From the NCBI GenBank assembly GCA_042219045.1, contig JBDGQO010000059.1, positions 1-14,603 of the forward strand: a stretch of 14,603 nt of DNA, given 5' to 3'. Position 1 is the stretch's first letter, and every line of letters starts with the position of its first letter. Under the pieces are notes generated by a model. The model made no database searches. It saw only the letters and a list, made by a program, of their open reading frames with translations, and had not been told where the DNA came from. Shown one piece after another: positions 8,101 through 12,613 of this stretch. The position numbers were made by a program, and so were the translations under genes. The DNA comes from Candidatus Bipolaricaulia bacterium. Lineage in GTDB: Bacteria; Bipolaricaulota; Bipolaricaulia; RBG-16-55-9.

Positions 8101-10454
8101 CCACCGACGTCGAGGCGGCTTCCGACTTCACGTTCAACGCCGGGAACCTTGCGCAGGTGAACGTCGCGTTCGACGGTGGGCAGGACCAGGCCTTCACGCT
8201 GGCGAACTCGGCGCTGGTAAATGACCTGACCCTCGATCAGGATACCAGTGCTCAGCACCGGGTGACGCTTTCCGGCGCGTCGGTCGGCGTGAGCGGCACG
8301 CTCACCTTCAACTCCGGCCTGCTTGAGGTCGCGGACGGGCAGCTTCTTGCCCTCGGGCAGACCGGGTCCGCGAGCAACGGGCCGTTCGGGCAGGGCAACA
8401 ACGCCTTGGCTGCGACAATCGACCACTCCCCGGCCAGCGGCGTCGTGAGCCACGTCGTGGGCGAGGGAAGCGTCCAGCACGGCATCGCGGCCGGCACGCC
8501 CACTCAGACGGGTGGCCAGGGCCGCTTCGAGTGGCCGGTTGGAACGCCGAGCGAGTACCGCCCGGCCTCCATCACGTTCACTGAAAACGACCCGATCGAC
8601 ACGTCGACGAACATCCGAATCGACGTGGTCGACGAGAGCCCGGGCGGCACCGGCGGCCTCGCGAGCATCTCGGACGTGGCCAGCTACCCGGCGCAGTACT
8701 GGGACGTGGAGGCCACGACCGGCGTGAGCGCCTCCCAGACGTTCGACATCGAGCTGGAGACAGCGACCGCCGACTTCACCGACAAGTTCAATCAGGCGGC
8801 GAACCTCCGAATCATTCGCCGCTTCGACGGCGACGCCTCACAGAACGATTACAAGCTGCAGGGCCAGTCGGACAACTACCAGAACGCTCTCTTCAACCGG
8901 AACGGCGAGGAGTATGCGTCGGTCCGCTCGCAGGGATCGACGGGTGGTCTCGTGACGCAGGGGACGTTCTTCACCCTCGGCCTGCCGGGCCGCTTGCCGC
9001 AGTTCACGCAGGCCCCCGCCCGTGACACGACGGCGGAAGGCCAGACCCTCACGACTACCTTTGAGGCGACGGCCCGCGACCTTGGTCAGGACGTGACTCT
9101 CTCGCTGGATAGCATCCCGGGCAGCGTGGACGCGGACAGCGTGAGTCTCACCGTTGGTCAGGTCAGCGACACGACCTCCGCCCAGTTCGAGTTCACCCCG
9201 AGCTTCCAGGGCGGCACCCGTGACCTCGAGTTTGTGATCAGCGCGAGCGACTCCGACGGCACGCGGGACACTACCTACACCGTGACGGTGAACGACGACA
9301 ACCGCGAGCCGGCCTTTACGCAGGCGCTTGGCGACACGACGATCACCGACGCGGATACCCTGAGCTTCACCTACCAGGCCAGCGATCCGGACGGAGAGAG
9401 TCTCGGGTACGGCCTCGCGACGGCCCCGCAGGGCGCGTCCATCGATACGACGAGCGGCCAGCTTACGTGGTCGCCCTCCTTTAGCCAGGTGGGTAGTACC
9501 TACGACGTGGCCGCCAACGTGACCGACGGTGAGGCCACAGTGGCGTCCGACACCGCCCAGGTGACCGTCGAGCCGAGCCTCGCGAGGGGCGACGTGGACG
9601 GCGACGCCGACACCACGCAGCTCGACGCCGCGGCCACGCTCTCCATCTACCTCGGCACGGACAATCCGGGCACGCCGAACGTCGATGAGAGCAGCCCGAC
9701 CGCGGCCCAGATGTTCGCCGCGGACTTCAACGACAATGGCAACGTCAATCCCTTCGACGCCTCGCTGATCCTGCAGGAGGCCCTCGGCCTCAATAGTGGA
9801 GCGGTGGCGACCGCCAGCGCGAAGTCCAGCGCCTCCGCACAGGGCAGCGTCCGCCTGAAGGGAATGGACCGCAAGGACAATACGGCCACGATTCCGGTGG
9901 TTCTCTCCGACGGGGCCTCCGGCGTGCAGTCGGTCGCGGTCGAGGTGAAGATTGACCCGAGCATCGCGTCGGTTGCAAACGTGAGCACCAACCTGCCGGA
10001 GGGCTGGATCGCCGACCACTCCGTTCAGGACGGCACCATTACGGTCGGGATGGCCGGTACCGAGGCGATCGGTGGTGGCCAGATCGGCAAGATCCAGCTG
10101 AAGATGAGCGGCGACGCCTCGGTTGAGCCGGAGGGCCAGTTCCAGCTGAACGCCGGCGCCAAGCAGTCGCTCGCGGTGGACGTGGCCCCGGACAAGTTTG
10201 CCCTGAACGGCAACTACCCGAACCCGGTTGAGTCCTCGACCACGATCGAGTACTCGCTGAAGAAGGACGTCCACGTTGAGATCAGCGTCTACGACGCGCT
10301 GGGCCGGAAGGTCAGCACCGTGGTCGACGAGCAGAAGTCGGCAGGCCGGTTTGAGGCCACCCTGGATGCCGGCACCTTGAGCTCCGGGGTCTACTTCTAC
10401 CGGATTCAGGCCGGCGACTTCACGGCCACGAAGAAGATGACCGTTATTCGATAG
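2190..10454 (+). CDS. Giant secreted surface protein (2754 aa): signal peptide, beta-helix/solenoid body, 2 cadherin-like Ig domains, dockerin, cohesin-like domain, T9SS type A sorting domain
   Basis: ATG 2190 gives signal peptide MNLSRLFRTALLSVLGLFLAGGLMAAQA|Q. Beta-helix cap YPTIQQAIDAA...IEVRAGTY; G/S/T/N/D-rich beta-strand body; ASDPDGESLGY...APQGASIDTTSGQLTWSP Ig repeat; two Ca-loop dockerin repeats; C-terminal NYPNP...VYDALGRKV...LSSGVYFYRI T9SS CTD. ATG 2160 is an alternative start. Confidence 0.92.
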   Translation: MNLSRLFRTALLSVLGLFLAGGLMAAQAQTADAVVDDDFSSVDESASPSEYPTIQQAIDAAERSDSDRIEVRAGTYNQSVDVDQGNINLTIIADDGSGNPSGAVVDGGTGPAFTVDESGTTIEDFELRSDLSSAGSVVDINSGTTTLRNNSIIAEAGNATGQNNFAVNLQAQLTAEGNSFTSEGATNQTFGIRASTDAADGSTIGGSNSEDRNTFSGIRVAMQFENVGAATVQNNAFDNIDQEAVIFTTNDTNSETGTISVTGNDFGNSGTVGGGVFFVDVNNNDNFDGTLSVTQNNFHDVSGQAVSVGNNYSTPGEDIGSATPIDATSNYYGASDGPTAVAGHGSGAGITDRTNVGGAVPSNETALAAFVPFWSSANAGSASFPDAELIVDRLNGADETGRAGDANFEFETLSEAKAEALPGETIVVEGKGGGNYTTFGGLSGLGDAKARVQSGGTITVDFTIRAEADVSNQVTLNAVTFNQSAEDFTINVTSGNGGFFRATNASNSVRLQAGTAEIVDSGALEVAGGGEMRRDDGSFSSDSQTLVFAGADVDVTYDQTSGGLGDITTGPELPSTPDIGTLTIGASGDDVRTTFDVGKVTAASISIDPGTDATFNDELEVETDVTSSAVVSIGNGSDLSVEKTFTASGAIAASDASAQAINAASGTFNGDPNLNSPGGVVVSNYGNSNVANDIDAGNHSQPIIEGDGSGTGNGVIDMKSLTIRLNSAIADQTSDNKQTFRPQIRHINSQSLSNPDTDISISGTVDADNRGSDDGDQVFVRFRDNGEDNTVIAVGGGDDFAELNSFNGSSFLNGTIRFTGDATVTYGDGDAAGSADVDLADGSGNGGAIEIKDGATLTIENNDSNNTNSIAYDLGQTGSAGPVAGSFSGSGTLALSTTNIGGSEGHTFNATQQANGNDITGSVAPAISISGGTVTFDGGSNASDNLVFDTGPITVSGGTLLYDNTDVNTSASPTHRNTINGDLVVQSDGTVDTDDTDGTTDDQLEVTGTLQNKGTVELGEDTVIGDLDLQNGSFSTSSGGFNNGLGPSNNIPNQAGLEIVRDFTLATAADVSIDQPVLFSSDATDATITLNKTLRLQNDLIFDKGASTVTVTGQEAIRVAGNVNVTNPGGAPKAQLKIKQGSSIRLTGNADLHTDEVDGSTKNKIAGDGEIVFVGNSTPTLSTNNGSGTALFGNIESQLASGNNIDVTSGNGVFFTGTLSLVEQGVAISGSGNDLSPRGDSASVKVDVTGSNTTISTSNGTYNAAQNTYNLEYFGDGSVQAGSEAGSDFLGDLTVASNAKVNVPSGPSPVTPTGTVTINGTLGNAGSGSLELGTAGQTMTVDGAISSLPTSVTADGAVTINGSGTIAGVSATSSSPSTDLSISGVTQVGTVTASGGNTVSLSLTGDPTSGDQRTSGGLTVNGGATLSLGSDIDVRSGGVNVNPGSNSSGTLALGSNTLTVEDGNFNGTGTASYTGKGTVVLATDDNANSGGQTVPNVTVTSGSSVTLNGVLAFDGTAKLNASLGGGSGDILKATGSTVSIEGTSDLTVPNFTVESGNGGTTTLTDASDSDNNAEGLIVSFNSGANGELTLASGTLDHGTDVEVHGNLQYEPPSQSTNDFTVTASGGSIVLNSATATLNRDLTIPSLETQGSAASSLAANANNNPFNLTVGSALTLDERFNTDVSNTGDLIIGDGGSNSNVQITRTAVYESRDVLDQSLTFESSSTTYDLTYSGDASAAPGDSELETGFEASAGSGRIDSLKVNLSGGNVEFESDSNFLSGDVTVNERFELLGGTVRHTDSDERQIVIADGATLLRDDGQFAARANVSDAVTHASSSASYTLVYADEDNSGNSFDASSSEFLDTGRIALETRMDDGNANNTIHVDVLPGDRTVTSFTMDNGADDDTRLQNTTAEASNATAFELTVEGGATLSGGAVQTVIAEDPNDGDQFATIGNGTLDVAGNISVGGATVATDVEAASDFTFNAGNLAQVNVAFDGGQDQAFTLANSALVNDLTLDQDTSAQHRVTLSGASVGVSGTLTFNSGLLEVADGQLLALGQTGSASNGPFGQGNNALAATIDHSPASGVVSHVVGEGSVQHGIAAGTPTQTGGQGRFEWPVGTPSEYRPASITFTENDPIDTSTNIRIDVVDESPGGTGGLASISDVASYPAQYWDVEATTGVSASQTFDIELETATADFTDKFNQAANLRIIRRFDGDASQNDYKLQGQSDNYQNALFNRNGEEYASVRSQGSTGGLVTQGTFFTLGLPGRLPQFTQAPARDTTAEGQTLTTTFEATARDLGQDVTLSLDSIPGSVDADSVSLTVGQVSDTTSAQFEFTPSFQGGTRDLEFVISASDSDGTRDTTYTVTVNDDNREPAFTQALGDTTITDADTLSFTYQASDPDGESLGYGLATAPQGASIDTTSGQLTWSPSFSQVGSTYDVAANVTDGEATVASDTAQVTVEPSLARGDVDGDADTTQLDAAATLSIYLGTDNPGTPNVDESSPTAAQMFAADFNDNGNVNPFDASLILQEALGLNSGAVATASAKSSASAQGSVRLKGMDRKDNTATIPVVLSDGASGVQSVAVEVKIDPSIASVANVSTNLPEGWIADHSVQDGTITVGMAGTEAIGGGQIGKIQLKMSGDASVEPEGQFQLNAGAKQSLAVDVAPDKFALNGNYPNPVESSTTIEYSLKKDVHVEISVYDALGRKVSTVVDEQKSAGRFEATLDAGTLSSGVYFYRIQAGDFTATKKMTVIR
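2340..3210 (+). other. Right-handed parallel beta-helix (pectin-lyase-like fold) domain of the giant protein
   Basis: TIQQAIDAA/IEVRAGTY cap, repeated I.NN.F, GNSF, NTFSG and GNDF coils, and a terminal IDATSNYYG..DGP motif. A second cap-like segment, FETLSEAKAEALPGETIVVEG, follows at about 3417. Confidence 0.65.
8991..9575 (+). other. Two cadherin-like/He_PIG Ig domains of the giant protein
   Basis: PQFTQAP...FEFTP...ISASDSDG...TVTVND and NREPAFTQ...ASDPDGE...APQGASID..SG.LTWSP...VTDG; homologous to the repeats at 13871-14603. Confidence 0.8.
9588..9788 (+). other. Dockerin domain of the giant protein
   Basis: Duplicated Ca-binding loop plus helix: GDVDGDADTTQLDAAATLSIYLG ... AADFNDNGNVNPFDASLILQEALG. 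Confidence 0.85.
9840..10451 (+). other. Cohesin-like domain (about 9840-10175) followed by T9SS type A CTD (10188-10451)
   Basis: Cohesin-like pattern ATIPVVL...VQSVAVEVKIDP...LPEGW...ITVGMAGTEAI..GQIGKIQL...QLN, then PDKFALNGNYPNP...GVYFYRIQAGDFTATKKMTVIR. Confidence 0.8.
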
Positions 10455-10474
10455 CCATAGAGTCGGCACCACCC

Positions 10475-10504
10475 AGGTTGGGGCGCCATCGCGCGCCCCA
10501 ACCT
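10475..10504 (+). terminator. Strong intergenic stem-loop (partial terminator or mRNA-stabilising hairpin)
   Basis: Perfect 12-bp stem AGGTTGGGGCGC / GCGCCCCAACCT with a 6-nt loop, 20 nt after the stop. It can be extended by CACCA/TGGTG (10467-10511). There is no real U-tract (followed by ATTGGT). Confidence 0.6.
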
Positions 10505-10653
10505 ATTGGTGACCGTCTAGCCAGGGCGCATCCCGCCCCTCAGTCGGTGTTCTTCGCTTCACCTGCCGATCGTCCCGGCCGCCCGCAGTGGGACCTCCTC
10601 CCGGCAGTCCTTTGCAACGCCATAGACTTTCCAACTTGGGTTTGCTTAACGAC

Positions 10654-12480
10654 ATGAGCCTCTCGAAACGACTCGCTCGCCAGACTGCCCAGTTCCTCAC
10701 GGCGACTGCGATGGCCGCGCTGGCGATGATCCTGCTTGCGCCCGCTACGCAAGCCCAAAGCACTGTATCGGTCACGACCGACAGCGAATCGGGACTCGTC
10801 GGGGACACGCTGACTGTGCCCATTGAGGTGAGCGACCTCGGCCAGGTGCCCGATAGCTCCGACATCACGGCCTACGGGTTCGACATCTCTCTCGACACCT
10901 CGCAGGTCGCGTACCTCGGCTTTGAGACGTCCGGGACGCTGACCGAGCAGGCCGGCTTCAACATCAACGAGAACACAGATATCCCCCGCATCGGCGCGTT
11001 CGGCACTGACGCGATCAACGACCAAGGAACCGATAGCGGTGTTCTCCTGCGCCTTCAGTTCGAGGTGACCTCAACGGGAAGCTCCACCGTAACGCTATCC
11101 GGCTTCCAGTTCAACGCCGGCGAGCCGGCGGCCACCCCCTCGGAGCCGAGCTTCGGGATTACCGGAGCCAACAACCTCGTGAGCTTTCCCGACCCGTTTA
11201 CGGCCCGGGACAGCGGCCAGGCCCAGCCGGCCGACACGGTGCTCGTTCCGGTGAGCACAACGGACCTGAGTGGCCAGAACGTGACGGCCTTCGAGTTTGA
11301 GATGGAGTACGACTCCACCGTTACGAAGCCGATTGAGGTCGTCACCGACAACTCGCTCTCCTCAAGCTTCAACGCCGGCGGAAATGTCGTCTCCCCGGGG
11401 GTTTTCCGGGTCGGCGCGTTTGGCCAGTCGGCCCTGTCGGGGAGCGGCACGCTCGTGTTCGTCCGCATGGAGGTCGTCTCGCAGGGCACCTCGCCCCTCG
11501 CGTTTGCGCCGGGCACGTTCCAGTTCAACGACGGGACCCCGAATGCGGCCACCAGCGACGGAACCCTCGACGCGACGGGCCTCGACTTCACCCTCGGGGA
11601 CCCCACCATGAACGGATCGGTCAGTGCACTTGACGCCTCCTTTGCGCTGCAGGAAGTCCTGCGCGATACAATGAGCGTGAGCCAGCGGGCCGCCGCCGAC
11701 GTGAACGGGAACGACCGAGTGGATGCCGAAGACGCCTCCCTCATCCTCCAATTTGTGGTTGGGAAGATTTCTGACTTCCCCGCCGCTACCAGTTCGGGCG
11801 CCGCACAGAGTCAGGCCCTCGCGGCCCGCGGCCAGCTGAAGTGGGGGGAGGTGGTTTCCGACGGAGAGACGTCCGCGCTTCCGGTGCGGCTGAGCGGCCC
11901 GGTCGGGAACGTCTATGCCGTGAGCCTGACGCTGACGGGCGACGTGGGAGCCCTCGACGTAGACGGCCTTTCCAACCGCCTGCCGGAGGGCTGGCAGCTG
12001 ATGCAGCGCACGTTCGACGGGGAGGGCAAGGCGAAGATCGTGATGGCCGGCGCCGAGCCGATCAGCAGCGCCGGTGAGCTGGTCCGGCTGCCGCTTACAG
12101 ACAATGCGGGCTCGCCGTCTATCGAGGCCACCGGTGCGCTCAACGGCGCCGCACAGACGGCCCTTGGGCCGGTCCCGATCGCGGAGCGTCCCGGCAGCTT
12201 CGCGCTGCGGGGCAACTCCCCCAACCCCTTCGCGCAGTCGACAACGGTTCGCTTTGACGTGCCGGAGGAATCCAGCGTCAAAGTGGAGGTGTACGACCTG
12301 CTCGGACGCCGCGTCCTCTCGACGCCGGCCCGGACGGTGTCGGCCGGGGAGGGTCGCTCCATCCAGTTGAACGCAAATGACCTGAGCTCAGGCACGTACA
12401 TCTACCGTCTGAAGGCAGAAACGGATGGCGGAGACGCCGCCTCGTGGACGGACTCCGGCCGCATGGTGGTCGTCAAGTAG
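10654..12480 (+). CDS. Secreted scaffoldin/adaptor-like protein (608 aa): cohesin, cohesin, dockerin, cohesin-like domain, T9SS type A sorting domain
   Basis: ATG 10654, signal peptide ending APATQA|Q. Cohesins at about 10756-11166 (GDTLTVPIEV...AYGFDISLD...SGVLLRLQFEV...FQFNAG) and 11167-11580 (DTVLVPV...AFEFEMEYD...GSGTLVFVRMEV...FQFNDG). Dockerin at 11593-11781 (GDPTMNGSVSALDAS...ADVNGNDRVDAEDASLILQFVVG). Cohesin-like domain at about 11830-12170. CTD at 12190-12477 (NSPNPF...VYDLLGRRV...LSSGTYIYRL). Confidence 0.92.
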   Translation: MSLSKRLARQTAQFLTATAMAALAMILLAPATQAQSTVSVTTDSESGLVGDTLTVPIEVSDLGQVPDSSDITAYGFDISLDTSQVAYLGFETSGTLTEQAGFNINENTDIPRIGAFGTDAINDQGTDSGVLLRLQFEVTSTGSSTVTLSGFQFNAGEPAATPSEPSFGITGANNLVSFPDPFTARDSGQAQPADTVLVPVSTTDLSGQNVTAFEFEMEYDSTVTKPIEVVTDNSLSSSFNAGGNVVSPGVFRVGAFGQSALSGSGTLVFVRMEVVSQGTSPLAFAPGTFQFNDGTPNAATSDGTLDATGLDFTLGDPTMNGSVSALDASFALQEVLRDTMSVSQRAAADVNGNDRVDAEDASLILQFVVGKISDFPAATSSGAAQSQALAARGQLKWGEVVSDGETSALPVRLSGPVGNVYAVSLTLTGDVGALDVDGLSNRLPEGWQLMQRTFDGEGKAKIVMAGAEPISSAGELVRLPLTDNAGSPSIEATGALNGAAQTALGPVPIAERPGSFALRGNSPNPFAQSTTVRFDVPEESSVKVEVYDLLGRRVLSTPARTVSAGEGRSIQLNANDLSSGTYIYRLKAETDGGDAASWTDSGRMVVVK

Positions 12481-12484
12481 GAGT

Positions 12485-12512
12485 GCGGGCCCCGCTTGCA
12501 GGCGGGGCCTGT
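12485..12512 (+). terminator. GC-rich intergenic stem-loop without U-tract
   Basis: GGCCCCGC / GCGGGGCC 8-bp core stem (12488-12509), extendable with G-U pairs to 12485-12512, starting 4 nt after TAG 12480. Confidence 0.5.
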
Positions 12513-12613
12513 CGACATAGAGGCCAGCATGACTAGGCGCCGCTGGACGGCCTTCGGGGACCGACCCCGCGCGAGCCTTCCGTGTTCTGCACCAAACCAA
12601 CGCCACATCTCTA

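Noticed and set aside
2340..8990. Giant protein as an autotransporter or a bona fide cellulosomal enzyme
   Set aside because: It ends in a T9SS CTD rather than a beta-barrel, and I could not identify catalytic motifs. Lyase activity of the beta-helix is not excluded but is unsupported.
8838..10472. 544-aa antisense ORF, and the many other minus-strand ORFs over the three large genes
   Set aside because: Shadow ORFs caused by GC-rich codon bias on the sense strand. They fully overlap well-supported genes and show no recognisable motifs.
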